A stretch of 64,000 nt of DNA from Abditibacterium sp. (lineage in GTDB: Bacteria > Armatimonadota > Abditibacteriia > Abditibacteriales > Abditibacteriaceae): the NCBI GenBank assembly GCA_965199495.1, contig CBDASK010000003.1, forward strand, positions 4,096,001 through 4,160,000. Reading direction: 5' to 3'. Positions 1-10,022 of the stretch are shown in pieces (position 1 is the first letter of the stretch; each line of letters begins with the position of its first letter). Both the position numbers and the translations under genes were made by a program. The notes below the pieces were generated by a model that saw only the letters and a list, made by a program, of their open reading frames with translations, had not been told where the DNA came from and did not search any database.

Positions 1-92
1 AAATGTTCTCGATTTTGATGGGCGACGCGGTTGAACCGCGCAAAGAGTTCATCGAAGCCAACGCCAAGTTAGTCGCGGACTTGGACGTGTAA
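1..92 (+). CDS. gyrB: DNA gyrase subunit B, 3' end (partial)
   Basis: Translates to FSILMGDAVEPRKEFIEANAKLVADLDV*, the typical GyrB C-terminus; directly upstream of gyrA. Confidence 0.93.
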   Translation, partial: MFSILMGDAVEPRKEFIEANAKLVADLDV

Positions 93-128
93 TTATCTCG
101 TAAAAGTAAGTTTGTTTTAGCTCGAATC

Positions 129-2768
129 ATGTCAGATCAAAATCCCAATGGCGCCAATACAAATGGCGCCCCTGAACTTCCCGAACAGCCCGCTTTTGCG
201 CGGCAGGTCATCCAGATGCGCATCGAAGACGAAATGCGCGTTTCCTACACGCGTTATGCGATGTCGGTTATCGTCGGGCGCGCTTTGCCCGATGCGCGCG
301 ACGGCCTCAAACCCGTTCACCGCCGCATTCTTTACGCGATGTATGACCAGAATATGCTGCCCGACCGGCGTCGCGAAAAATGCGCGTCGGCGGTTGGCGA
401 AGTGCTGAAAAAGTATCACCCGCACGGCGACCAATCGGTTTATGATGCGCTCGTACGCATGGCGCAGGATTTCTCGATGCGCTATCCGCTCGTGGACGGG
501 CAGGGCAACTTTGGCAGCGTGGACGGCGACGCACCTGCCGCTTATCGCTATACCGAGGCGCGCATGGCGCCGCTTGCGTCGGAGTTGCTGCGCGATATTG
601 ATTCCGATACCGTGGATTTTGGCCCGAACTTCTCGGAAACCACGACCGAGCCGACCGTTTTCCCCGCTGTTTATCCGAACCTTTTGGTCAACGGTAGCGC
701 GGGAATCGCGGTCGGCATGGCGACCAACATTCCGCCGCATAATCTGGGCGAAGTCTGCGACGCCGTGGCGCTGTTGATTGATAATCCCAACGCGTCGGTT
801 GACGATTTGCTGACCGTGATTCCCGGCCCCGACTTCCCAACTGCCGGTTTGATTTTGGGCAAAAAGGGCATTCGCAGCGCGTTCGAGACCGGGCGTGGTT
901 CGGTGATTATGCAAGCGCGCGCGACGATTGAGCCGCTCGAAGGCGGGCGTCACGCGATTATCGTGACCGAAATTCCCTATCAGGTCAACAAGGCGACGCT
1001 GATTCAGAATATCGCGCAATTGGCGCGCGACAAAAAGATTGACGGACTGACCGACGTGCGCGACGAAAGCGACCGCACCGGCATGCGCATGGTCATTGAA
1101 ATGCGCCGCGATGCCAACCCCAACGTCGTGCTGAACTTTTTGTATAAGCACACGGCGCTGCGCACCAGTTTCGGCGTGAACACGCTGGCACTTGTGGAAC
1201 AGCAACCGAAAATGTTGCCGCTTCGCCGCGCGCTCGAAGTGTTTATCGGCCACCGCGAGGAAGTCATCGTGCGGCGCTCGAAGTTCCAACTCGCCAAGGC
1301 CGAAGCGCGCTCGCACATTCTGGAAGGTTTTCGCGCGATTTTGGCTTCGATTGACGATGTAATTGCGCTCATTCGCAGTTCGCAATCGCGCGACGATGCG
1401 CGCCAGAAGCTGATTAACGACGGCGTTCCGGCCTATGTGGACGGCGCCTTGGCTGCTAACGGCGAGATGGTTTTGTTGTCGGAAATTCAGGCCAACGCGG
1501 TTTTGGATATGCGCTTGGGACAACTGACGCAGCTCGACCGCATGAAAATTGACGACGAGTTCGACGCATTACAAAAAGAGATCGAGCGCCTGCGCGGCAT
1601 TATTGATAACCCGGCGCGCGTGCGTCAGATTATCAAGCAGGACATGGCGCGCATCAAGAAAGAATACGGCAACCCGCGTCGCACCCAGATCATTGATCGC
1701 GAGGCGCAGGATTTGAAGCCGGAAGATTTGATCGCCGAGGAAGATGTCGTCGTGACAATTACGCGCGATGGCTATATCAAAAAGCTGCCGAAAGATACTT
1801 ACAATGTGCAAAATCGCGGCGGTCGTGGCAAGGTCGGTTTGACCAAGAAAGAGGAAGATCAGGTCGAACACTTGTTCGTTTGCACGACGCATAATATCTT
1901 GCTGGTTTTCACCAACAAGGGCACGGTTTATCAACTCAAAACCTACGAGATTCCGACGGCTTCGCGTCAAGGCAAGGGCACTTCGATTCGCAATTTGCTG
2001 CAAACCGAAACCGGCGAAGTCGTGACGGCGGTTTTGAACATCTCGGAGTTTTCCGACGATAAATATCTGTTCATGGTGACGCGCGAGGGCACGGTGAAAA
2101 AGACGCCGCTTTCGGATTACTCGACGCGCTTGCAGAAAGGTCTCATCGCCATCAAGTTGCAGGGCAAAGACGAACTGCGCTTTGTGTTTCAGACCGACGG
2201 CAAAAAAGACATTATTCTGGCTTCGCGTCAGGGCATGAGCGTGCGTTTCAACGAAGCTGGTGACGGTAAAAATGACAAAGGTTTGCGTCCGATGGGCCGC
2301 AACTCGCAGGGCAACATCGGCATGAGATTCAAGAATCCGAAAGATTACATCGTCGGCGCCATCGCCGCCGACCCGGAAGAACACGTTTTGACGGTTTCCG
2401 AGTTGGGCTTGGGCAAGCGTTCGCAGGTCAAAGATTATCGTTTGCAAAGTCGCGGTGGAACTGGCGTTATCACGCTCAAAGTGACGGAGAAAACCGGCGA
2501 ATTGGTGGCCTTGAAAAGCGTGGACGAAGAAGACGAGCTGATGATTATCAGCAAAAACGGCATCATCATTCGCCAGCGCGTCAACGATATTCGCGAGACT
2601 GGGCGCGTCGCGCAGGGCGTGAAGTTGATTAATCTCGACGAAGGTGATCAAGTCGCCGCCGTCGCGAAAATTATTCAAGACCCCGAAGACGATGACGATG
2701 CCAGCGACGAAAGCGTGGAGGGCGCAGACTCTGAAGTCGAGCAGGGCGAGCTGGTTCTGGAAGCGTAA
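129..2768 (+). CDS. gyrA: DNA gyrase subunit A
   Basis: RALPDARDGLKPVHRR, YHPHGD, catalytic AAYRYTEAR, GyrA-box QNRGGRG, beta-pinwheel repeats, acidic tail. Confidence 0.97.
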   Translation: MSDQNPNGANTNGAPELPEQPAFARQVIQMRIEDEMRVSYTRYAMSVIVGRALPDARDGLKPVHRRILYAMYDQNMLPDRRREKCASAVGEVLKKYHPHGDQSVYDALVRMAQDFSMRYPLVDGQGNFGSVDGDAPAAYRYTEARMAPLASELLRDIDSDTVDFGPNFSETTTEPTVFPAVYPNLLVNGSAGIAVGMATNIPPHNLGEVCDAVALLIDNPNASVDDLLTVIPGPDFPTAGLILGKKGIRSAFETGRGSVIMQARATIEPLEGGRHAIIVTEIPYQVNKATLIQNIAQLARDKKIDGLTDVRDESDRTGMRMVIEMRRDANPNVVLNFLYKHTALRTSFGVNTLALVEQQPKMLPLRRALEVFIGHREEVIVRRSKFQLAKAEARSHILEGFRAILASIDDVIALIRSSQSRDDARQKLINDGVPAYVDGALAANGEMVLLSEIQANAVLDMRLGQLTQLDRMKIDDEFDALQKEIERLRGIIDNPARVRQIIKQDMARIKKEYGNPRRTQIIDREAQDLKPEDLIAEEDVVVTITRDGYIKKLPKDTYNVQNRGGRGKVGLTKKEEDQVEHLFVCTTHNILLVFTNKGTVYQLKTYEIPTASRQGKGTSIRNLLQTETGEVVTAVLNISEFSDDKYLFMVTREGTVKKTPLSDYSTRLQKGLIAIKLQGKDELRFVFQTDGKKDIILASRQGMSVRFNEAGDGKNDKGLRPMGRNSQGNIGMRFKNPKDYIVGAIAADPEEHVLTVSELGLGKRSQVKDYRLQSRGGTGVITLKVTEKTGELVALKSVDEEDELMIISKNGIIIRQRVNDIRETGRVAQGVKLINLDEGDQVAAVAKIIQDPEDDDDASDESVEGADSEVEQGELVLEA

Positions 2769-2780
2769 AAACTCACTCGC

Positions 2781-2818
2781 AAAAAACGCTGCCCGCTTTT
2801 GTGGGCAGCGTTTTTTTT
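2781..2818. terminator. Bidirectional intrinsic terminator
   Basis: A-tract, CGCTGCCC/GGGCAGCG stem, T-tract, between convergent genes. Confidence 0.85.
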
Positions 2819-2844
2819 CGCGTCATTATCGCGTCAAATTTCGT

Positions 2845-4062
2845 TTAAAAAACGGTGCTTAAACCCAGAGCGAACCGCTCTTGGAATTTGGTGCCGACGG
2901 CGACATCCAAGCGGCTGAGACCGAGATTAAAGCCCAATCCGCCGACAATTTTGTCGTCGTCCAGACCCGCGCGCACCGCGAACTGGCGATTAACTTTGTA
3001 TTCCGCGCCCAGATGAACGGTCAAATCGCCGCCGTTGGCGCCCGAAATGTTATGCAGTTCGGCGGCCAGCAGAGTTTTCGGCACGACCTTGGGCACAGCC
3101 ACGCCCACGTCTATCTGCGGGCGCTGGCGAAAATCGAACTGCGTATCGCCCACGTTGGTGCCATTGACGTTGGTGCGCGAATTCAGGCTAAATTTCGGCG
3201 ACAAGACGTGACGAATCGCGACTGCGGCGCGCGCGCCATACATCTTGGGGAATTCGGGCGAAATGTAACCCAAATCAAGATCAAACGCGTTGTCGTGAGC
3301 GTGATTATAGGTCGTGCCGTTGATGTCGCCCGGTATTTGCGTTTGCGGGTTGATGCCCTCGCTGGCCAAAAAGTTGGTCGCCGCGTAATCGGCGCGCATA
3401 TATTTGGCGCTCACGCCAAAGGTGCCAACGCTGAGGCCAGTTTTGGTCTTGAACGAATGGGCAAAAGGAATCGCAATCGAACTCAACGCCAAACCACCCG
3501 CGTTGGCGTTGACGGTGCGCGAACCTTGCGTCGTCCCCGTCACGCCGATGCGTGCGTCGGCAAAGCCGCCGCTGGAGGCCACGAGGCCGTAATTGCTAAA
3601 CGAAATGCCGACCAAGGGCACAACCGAAGCCGTCAACCGAGCGGGCGCGCCGCCCGGCGTGGCTCCGGCATCGCGCGCGAAACCATAAACGTCGTTGAAG
3701 GCATCCTGCACTCTGGCGACGGCGCCCACAGGCGAACTATTTTTCACTTCACTGCCCAAATCGCTCAGGCTGTTCACCAGATTGGAAATCTTGTTGACGT
3801 CCACGTTATCGGTGCGCGCCGCCAAACTCAGCGGCAAAGTCACGCGTTTGGCCTGCGCAATCGCCGCCGGATTCCATACGGCGGCGGAAGCGTCATCCGC
3901 CGCGATCAAATAACTGCCGCCCATGCCCAACGCGCGCGCGCCGGGACGAATCGTGCTGCGATCGATGTCTTCGGGTTTGACCTGCGCCTGCGCAATGGGC
4001 ACCAATCCCACAACAGCGCCAAAAACGAGGCCGCCACGACAAATCAACTGACTTTTTTTCAT
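2845..4062 (-). CDS. Outer-membrane beta-barrel protein (TraF_2/PorV/FadL-like)
   Basis: Signal peptide, GARALGMGG...DDASAAVWNPA motif, C-terminal Phe; start moved to MKKSQL. Confidence 0.7.
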   Translation of the reverse strand: MKKSQLICRGGLVFGAVVGLVPIAQAQVKPEDIDRSTIRPGARALGMGGSYLIAADDASAAVWNPAAIAQAKRVTLPLSLAARTDNVDVNKISNLVNSLSDLGSEVKNSSPVGAVARVQDAFNDVYGFARDAGATPGGAPARLTASVVPLVGISFSNYGLVASSGGFADARIGVTGTTQGSRTVNANAGGLALSSIAIPFAHSFKTKTGLSVGTFGVSAKYMRADYAATNFLASEGINPQTQIPGDINGTTYNHAHDNAFDLDLGYISPEFPKMYGARAAVAIRHVLSPKFSLNSRTNVNGTNVGDTQFDFRQRPQIDVGVAVPKVVPKTLLAAELHNISGANGGDLTVHLGAEYKVNRQFAVRAGLDDDKIVGGLGFNLGLSRLDVAVGTKFQERFALGLSTVF

Positions 4063-4243
4063 GTAATGTTTTCTCCAAAAAATGTATTCTGCTCCCAAAA
4101 TTTCACAATTAAGCGACATCAAAAGATAATTTATCTTTGATGAATGCTTGGATTTCTCGGAAGCGGTGAACAATTCGAGTAGCATGAAAGTTTTCTGCCA
4201 TCTTGTCCGTCTGGCGGTGCGCGCTTTGCCATACTTCCAATAT

Positions 4244-6073
4244 ATGTCCGAAACGACGCGCCAACCTTTCAAACTTCATCTGCCCGGTCTTCTCAAAGTG
4301 CTGGCCGAACATCTTTACTCCAACAAGCAAGTCGCCGTGCGCGAACTGATTCAAAACGCCCACGACGGTTGCCGCCGCCGTCAGGCCGAATCGAACGAAA
4401 CCGATTACGAGCCGCGCATTGATATTCAGATTGATGGCCCGCGCCGCGTTTTATCCATTTCCGATAACGGTTACGGTTTAACGCGCCACGAAATCGAAGA
4501 ATATCTGGCGACGATTGGCCGCTCTTACACGCGCGAATTGCGCCAGAACCTGAGCGCTTTGTCGCCCGACGAAGCCGCCCGACTCATCGGCCAATTCGGC
4601 TTCGGTTTTCTGTCGGCGTTTTTGTTGGCCGACGAAGTCAAAGTCATCACCAAAAGTTTTCAGGGCGAGGACGCCTTTGAGTGGAACTCGGACGGCGGCG
4701 AAACCTACGAAATCAAAGACGCCAAACGCAGTCAAACCGGCACGACCGTGGAGTTGCGCGTCAAAAGCGCCGCCAGTTTCGTGTTACGCGAGCAGACTTT
4801 GCTTGAAATCGTGCGTCAATTCGCCGATTTTCTGCCGATTCCAATTCATATCAACGGCGAATCGCAGCAGGCCAATCTGGGCACGCCGCCGTGGAACGCC
4901 CGCAACGTCGAAGCAGCCACGCGCGATTACATCGGGCGCGCTTTCGATACGTCCGAGCCGCTGGCGATTATTCCGCTCCACGATGTCATCGAAGAAATCG
5001 GCGACGATAATATTACGATTCCTCTGCGCGGTTTTCTGTTCGTGCCGCCGGGCACGGTCGCGAGCGTGCGCGAATACGGCGATGTTTTAGTCTTCATTCG
5101 CCGGATGTTCATTTGTCGCGAAGACAAAGATTTGCTACCGCAATGGGCGCGCTTCGTGCGCGGCGCGATTGATTGTCCGTTGTTGCAACCGACGGCCTCG
5201 CGCGAAGATTTGCATCAGGACGAAACTTTCGAGAAAGTGCGCGACGCCATCGAAGCGCAATTGGCGCAGGGACTTCAAGACATCGCCGAGAATCAGCCGG
5301 AAGCGTGGGAGAAAATCGTGCGCGGGCATACCGATTTGATTACGGGCTGGGCCGCGCGCGACGAAGGTTTTTTCGAGGCCGTGTGCGACATCGTGACTTT
5401 TCGCACCTCGCGCGGCGCGCTGACTTTGCCGGATTATCTGAGTCAAAGCGACGGCAATTTTTACTACACCACGCGCGAATTGGGTTCGCTGCAAGAGCGC
5501 GTTTTGGCCGAAGCGCACGGTGTTCCGGTCATTGACGCGTCGTGGTTTGGCGTGCAGCCGTTTCTGGCGCGCTACTCGATGCGCGTGGCGAATTGCGGTT
5601 TGATTCAACTGGACGGCGAATCGAAAAATTTATTGCGTTCGGTTGATCCGGAAAAGTGGAGCGGGGTCTTAGATTACTACGACCGCCGCGACGTGGCTGC
5701 TCAGGTCGCCGAGTTCCGCCCGCCCGAAATCCCGGCGCTGATGTTCTATCCCGAAGACGCCGAATTCGCCATCGAAGGCCGCCAAGCGATTGACAACGGC
5801 GAAATCGCCGATCCTTTGGCCGCGCTGTTGGGCGATTATCTCGACAACCACGCCTCCGATTCCGATAAAGTCGCGGGCACCCTCGTGATTAACGCCTCAA
5901 ATCCGTTGATGCGGAATTTGCAAACCGAAACTGAAAGCGCCGCGCGCGATGCCGCTCTCGAATTGGTGCATCAGATGGCGCGCCTGTTCAACGGTCGCAC
6001 GCTCAGCGCGCAGGACGCCAGCCGCGCGTTTCGCGGCGTGAGCGAAGCGGTGGAGTTAATGCGCGAGCGGTGA
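4244..6073 (+). CDS. Hsp90/HtpG-like GHKL ATPase (divergent family)
   Basis: LYSNKQVAVRELIQNAHD, DNGYG, IGQFGFGFLS, GTTV, LQPTASRE motifs. Confidence 0.88.
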   Translation: MSETTRQPFKLHLPGLLKVLAEHLYSNKQVAVRELIQNAHDGCRRRQAESNETDYEPRIDIQIDGPRRVLSISDNGYGLTRHEIEEYLATIGRSYTRELRQNLSALSPDEAARLIGQFGFGFLSAFLLADEVKVITKSFQGEDAFEWNSDGGETYEIKDAKRSQTGTTVELRVKSAASFVLREQTLLEIVRQFADFLPIPIHINGESQQANLGTPPWNARNVEAATRDYIGRAFDTSEPLAIIPLHDVIEEIGDDNITIPLRGFLFVPPGTVASVREYGDVLVFIRRMFICREDKDLLPQWARFVRGAIDCPLLQPTASREDLHQDETFEKVRDAIEAQLAQGLQDIAENQPEAWEKIVRGHTDLITGWAARDEGFFEAVCDIVTFRTSRGALTLPDYLSQSDGNFYYTTRELGSLQERVLAEAHGVPVIDASWFGVQPFLARYSMRVANCGLIQLDGESKNLLRSVDPEKWSGVLDYYDRRDVAAQVAEFRPPEIPALMFYPEDAEFAIEGRQAIDNGEIADPLAALLGDYLDNHASDSDKVAGTLVINASNPLMRNLQTETESAARDAALELVHQMARLFNGRTLSAQDASRAFRGVSEAVELMRER

Positions 6074-6082
6074 AATTACTTC

Positions 6083-6397
6083 ATGGAATTTTTCGGTCTA
6101 ATTTTCTTGCTGCCGATTGCTTTGGTAATCAGCCTATTTTTGCCTGCGCTCATCTATAAATTTCTTGGTAAATTTCGGTTTGCGCGTTTGGCGGCGGCGC
6201 TTTTATGCGTCCTATTTCTCTTTTCGCTCGTTGTCGAACTCGCGTTAATTGCCAGATTCGGAATGGTAAGCGCACACGATAAATATTATCCGTTGTTGGA
6301 TCGGATGCAGGGCTATAACACGATTTTTGTCCCGCTGGCTTTGACAGCATTTGTGGTTCTCTTGCTACGAAACCAAAACCTTAAAACCCTCAGATAG
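6083..6397 (+). CDS. Small membrane protein
   Basis: Three hydrophobic segments; AT-richer than flanks. Confidence 0.55.
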   Translation: MEFFGLIFLLPIALVISLFLPALIYKFLGKFRFARLAAALLCVLFLFSLVVELALIARFGMVSAHDKYYPLLDRMQGYNTIFVPLALTAFVVLLLRNQNLKTLR

Positions 6398-6609
6398 TGC
6401 GCGGGGTTCGTCTGTTTTTGCGCTTTCATACTATCCGCATTTGCCAGCTTATTTTACGATTCCAGGGCACATTATCGCACGGATGGCGAGGGGACTTACC
6501 GCATCGAAGAACATTAATCGACAGCCGATTATTTTGTTCGTTAACTTGCGAACCACACTCACTTGGGCGCGTCTGAGTGAGGCCAAATCTGAACAAGGAG
6601 GGCCAAATC

Positions 6610-7548
6610 ATGAAAAACAGCAGCAAGAAAGCGTTGGAAAAACGCGGTATCGTCAGTGCGGGCCGCGCAGCAGCCACGCCGGGCGCGCGCGCGCACGACG
6701 ATAAACGTCGCGCCAATCGCACGACCGATAAACAGCGCCTCAAACGCGAAGTTCAACTCGAAACGGCCCGCAATCGCGGGCCGTTTCCGTTTGGTCGGAG
6801 ACCTTTTTCTCCAACGCGTTGCGCGCTGATAACTTTGGGTTTGGCCGCGCTGTTGTGGCTGATTTATACCGTCCTGCGCTCGCGCGTTTTGCTCGCCAAC
6901 GGACGAATTATCGGGCAACAAAGCGCGACTTTTGCGCGTGATTATTTCGTGGGTGAAATTGACAAACCCTTCGTAACCTATTTGGCGATGGGCGACAGCA
7001 CCGCCGCCGGTTGGGGCGCCAAAACGTGGGAAGCGACTTATCCCTACTTAGTCGCGCGAGCTTTGGCGGAGCGCGGTTTTCGCGTTCATGTCGTCGTCGT
7101 GGCTATTGGTGGTGCCACGGTTAATGGCGTGAAAACGCGACAACTCGAAGCGATTGAGCGCGTGCGTCCCGACTGGATCACGCTTTCGGTCGGTGCCAAC
7201 GACGCCACACACTTCACGGCGCCCACCGATTATCGGCGCGATTTGAGCGCGATTCTCGCCGCACTCGAAACCAGTTCGGCGCGCACGATCTTAGTCGCCG
7301 ACACGCCCGATATGTTTCTGGCGCCCGCGTTGCCGTTGCCGCTCTCTATGGGCACAGCGCGGCGCGCACGCGACCAAAACGCCATTTTGCGCGAGTTAAA
7401 AAGTGATTCGCGCATTCAAATCGTCGAGCTTTACCAACGTGGCAAATTGGACGCGCGCGCAAATCCGAAACTTTACGCCGCCGACCGTTTTCATCCGTCG
7501 GACGAAGGTTATGCGAAGTGGGCGCAATTGTTTATCGAGAAAATTTAG
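6610..7548 (+). CDS. SGNH/GDSL hydrolase with TM anchor, in frame with an N-terminal basic peptide
   Basis: GDS(T), GAND and DRFHP blocks; SD AAGGAGG before ATG 6610. The hydrolase may have its own start near 6835. Confidence 0.75.
   Translation: MKNSSKKALEKRGIVSAGRAAATPGARAHDDKRRANRTTDKQRLKREVQLETARNRGPFPFGRRPFSPTRCALITLGLAALLWLIYTVLRSRVLLANGRIIGQQSATFARDYFVGEIDKPFVTYLAMGDSTAAGWGAKTWEATYPYLVARALAERGFRVHVVVVAIGGATVNGVKTRQLEAIERVRPDWITLSVGANDATHFTAPTDYRRDLSAILAALETSSARTILVADTPDMFLAPALPLPLSMGTARRARDQNAILRELKSDSRIQIVELYQRGKLDARANPKLYAADRFHPSDEGYAKWAQLFIEKI
6760..6787 (+). terminator. Intragenic terminator-like hairpin
   Basis: GAAACGGCCCGC-AATC-GCGGGCCGTTTC, 12-bp perfect stem followed by an imperfect T-tract. 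Confidence 0.6.
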
Positions 7549-7619
7549 AGCGTCTCGGAAAATTCCTCACCTAAGAGCTTATCCACATAGGAAAACCAAA
7601 ATACGATTGAGTGATAGGA

Positions 7620-7639
7620 GCGGGGCTGACGCCCCCTTC
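7620..7639. repeat. Solo REP-like unit GCGGGGCTGACGCCCCCTTC
   Basis: Identical to 20 nt of the arm at 10027-10046. Confidence 0.7.
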
Positions 7640-7654
7640 ACGTTTTCGATGAGG

Positions 7655-8983
7655 TCACGTCGCGATTTTGACATCTTCCAGACGGCCCAAACGGCGCACC
7701 TGCGGCCACGCGATGCCAACGGCGACGGCAATCAAAATCGTGATGAACCCGCCGCTCGCGACGGCGAGAACGGGCGTGAGGAACTGCGCGACCAAGCCCG
7801 ATTCGACTTCGCCGATTTCGTTGGAAGTGCCGATGAAAACCGAGTTGACCGCGTTGACGCGCCCGCGCATTTCGTCGGGCGTGAGCAGTTGAACCAACGT
7901 CGAACGCACGATAACCGAAACGTTATCCGCCGCGCCCAGCGCCGCCAGAGCCGCCAGCGATAAAAAGAAGTTGCGCGACAAACCAAAGACAATCGTCGCC
8001 GCGCCAAAGGCAACCACGGCGCACAGAAGCGCGCGGCCCGCGTGCTTCATCGGCGGACGCATCGTCAGAAAAAGCGCCATCATAATCGCGCCGACGGCGG
8101 GCGCGGCGCGCAGTGGCCCCAACCCGGCGGCGCCCACGCCCAAAATATCTTTGGCGTAAATCGGCAACAGCGCCGTCGCGCCGCCAAACAAAACGGCCAC
8201 CATATCGAGCGTAATCGTCGAAATTATGAGCGGCTGTGCGCGCACGAATTTCCAACCCGCAACGACACTTTCCCAGCCCAACTTTTCGCGGGATAGCGTC
8301 CGTTGCATCGGGTTCATCTGCGCCAGAAACACGCAGAAAACCAGACGGCCAAACGAATCCATCGCGTAAATTTCGGCTTCACGCCCGAAATAATGAATCA
8401 AAAATCCGCCCGCGACCGGCCCAATTGTCGAGGCCAACTGGCCGCGAATCGAACCCCATTTCGTCGCTTCGGGAATGAGTTGGAGCGGCACCACGTTGGT
8501 CACGAGGGCGCCCAACGCTGGCCCCATGAACGCGCCGCAGATGCCGTTGAGCAAAACCAGCCCGTAAAAGAATGGGAGCGGCAACCGAAAGTAAGAGACC
8601 AACGCCAGCAAAATCAAACAGATCGCCGCCCCGATTTGCGCCAGCAACGCGATGCGGCGGCGGTCGTGGCGGTCGGCCAAAGTTCCGGCGGGCAGCGCCA
8701 GAAATATCACCGGCAACGCGCTCATCAGGCCCAAAAGCGCGAGAGAATAAGGCTTGCCGGTGCGCGTGTAAAGCTCCCAACCCGCCGCGACATTCGTCAT
8801 TTGGCTGCCCGCCGCCGCGAGGGCGCCGCCCAATAAATAGCGGCGGAAATCGGGGACTTTTAGAACATCGTAACGCGAATAAATCGGCGCGTCGTGGGTT
8901 TCGAGTTGATGATCAATTTCGGATTGTAGCGGAGCCGCCAGACGTTCGGGCGGCTCAAATTCGGGTTCGTTGGTGGTGGACAT
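7655..8983 (-). CDS. MFS transporter (DHA3/EntS-like)
   Basis: GTLADRHDRRR motif A, about 12 TM segments, TPDEMRGRV; start MSTTNE. Confidence 0.9.
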   Translation of the reverse strand: MSTTNEPEFEPPERLAAPLQSEIDHQLETHDAPIYSRYDVLKVPDFRRYLLGGALAAAGSQMTNVAAGWELYTRTGKPYSLALLGLMSALPVIFLALPAGTLADRHDRRRIALLAQIGAAICLILLALVSYFRLPLPFFYGLVLLNGICGAFMGPALGALVTNVVPLQLIPEATKWGSIRGQLASTIGPVAGGFLIHYFGREAEIYAMDSFGRLVFCVFLAQMNPMQRTLSREKLGWESVVAGWKFVRAQPLIISTITLDMVAVLFGGATALLPIYAKDILGVGAAGLGPLRAAPAVGAIMMALFLTMRPPMKHAGRALLCAVVAFGAATIVFGLSRNFFLSLAALAALGAADNVSVIVRSTLVQLLTPDEMRGRVNAVNSVFIGTSNEIGEVESGLVAQFLTPVLAVASGGFITILIAVAVGIAWPQVRRLGRLEDVKIAT

Positions 8984-9072
8984 GGGGTGAAATAGCGCGA
9001 CAGAATTTTTATGCGCACGAAAAAGGGCGCAGAGATTTAGAAAAATCTCTGCGCCCCCGATTGGCTCCGACT

Positions 9073-9939
9073 TTACGCGTGCTTCATGCCCAGGGCTTGC
9101 GAAATCAGCACGGTGGCTTTGCTTTTGTTGAGCGTGTAAAAATGCAATCCGGCGACATCTTGGGCCAAAAGGTCTTCGCATTGGCGAATCGCGTATTCGA
9201 CGCCCGCCGCATGAACGCTTTGCGGATCGGATTCCAGACTTTCCATCTGGCGCAAAATCGGGTTGGGGATTTTCGCGCCGCACATCGTCACGAATCGCTT
9301 GGTCTGGCCGATATTGAGAATCGGCATCAGACCCGCCACGAGCGGCGCCGTCACGCCCATGCCGTGCAAACGATCGCGCCAACGGAAGAACTCGGCGTTA
9401 TCGAAAAACAGTTGCGTGATGACGAACTGCGCGCCCTTGTCCAACTTCTGCTTGAGATATTCGGCGTCGCGTTCGAGGTTCAAACACTGCGGATGTCCTT
9501 CGGGATAGCCAGCCACGCCGATGCAAAACGGATGGCGATTGGCGGTGAACTCAACCAAATCGTCGGCATTGGCGAAACCGCCTTCGGTGACGGAAAAAGT
9601 CTGTTGACCGGGCGCCGCGTCGCCGCGCAGCGCGAGGATATTGCGGATGCCGCTTTCCCACGCCCGATCCAAAAGTTCGCCGATTTGATCGCGCGTATAA
9701 CCGGCGCAGGTCAGGTGGCTCATCGCGGTGAAGCCGGTTTGGTTCTGAATGCGCGCCGTTAGGTCGAGCGTGGGTGGCGCGCCGCCGCCGGTGCGGGTAA
9801 TCGAAACAAAAGAGGGCGCCAGAGGTTTGAGTTCTTCGATAACGCCCATGAGCTGGGCCTCACTCTCGGCATCTTTGGGTGGGAAAAACTCGAAAGAGAG
9901 CGTCGGAACGCCTTTGGAAAATAGTTCATCAATTCGCAT
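9073..9939 (-). CDS. metF: 5,10-methylenetetrahydrofolate reductase
   Basis: SFEFFPPK, HLTC, ILALRGD, YPEGHP, ITQLFFD, HFYTLN. Confidence 0.96.
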   Translation of the reverse strand: MRIDELFSKGVPTLSFEFFPPKDAESEAQLMGVIEELKPLAPSFVSITRTGGGAPPTLDLTARIQNQTGFTAMSHLTCAGYTRDQIGELLDRAWESGIRNILALRGDAAPGQQTFSVTEGGFANADDLVEFTANRHPFCIGVAGYPEGHPQCLNLERDAEYLKQKLDKGAQFVITQLFFDNAEFFRWRDRLHGMGVTAPLVAGLMPILNIGQTKRFVTMCGAKIPNPILRQMESLESDPQSVHAAGVEYAIRQCEDLLAQDVAGLHFYTLNKSKATVLISQALGMKHA

Positions 9940-10022
9940 GATGAATCCAGTTTAATCGGGTTTAGGCGGGCGGACAAAGCGAATTTATAATTGGTTCGTT
10001 GCGCAAGACAGTTCGGAGATAT

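Noticed and set aside
1420..1480. Short insertion in GyrA (GVPAYVDGALAANGEMV) as an intein or mobile insert
   Set aside because: Far too short and lacks intein terminal motifs; likely a variable loop.
132..2678. Long antisense ORFs (463 and 369 aa) over gyrA, and similar shadows elsewhere (e.g. 2881-4140, 8572-9762, 16820-17944)
   Set aside because: They overlap well-supported genes, have no recognisable motifs, and are expected from GC-rich codon bias.
6400..6595. Possible structured ncRNA or riboswitch upstream of 6610
   Set aside because: Only a weak hairpin and no recognisable family consensus.
9928..9942. Possible SahR operator at the metF start (ATCA-N7-TGAT)
   Set aside because: Spacing is one base shorter than the ahcY site and it overlaps the coding start.
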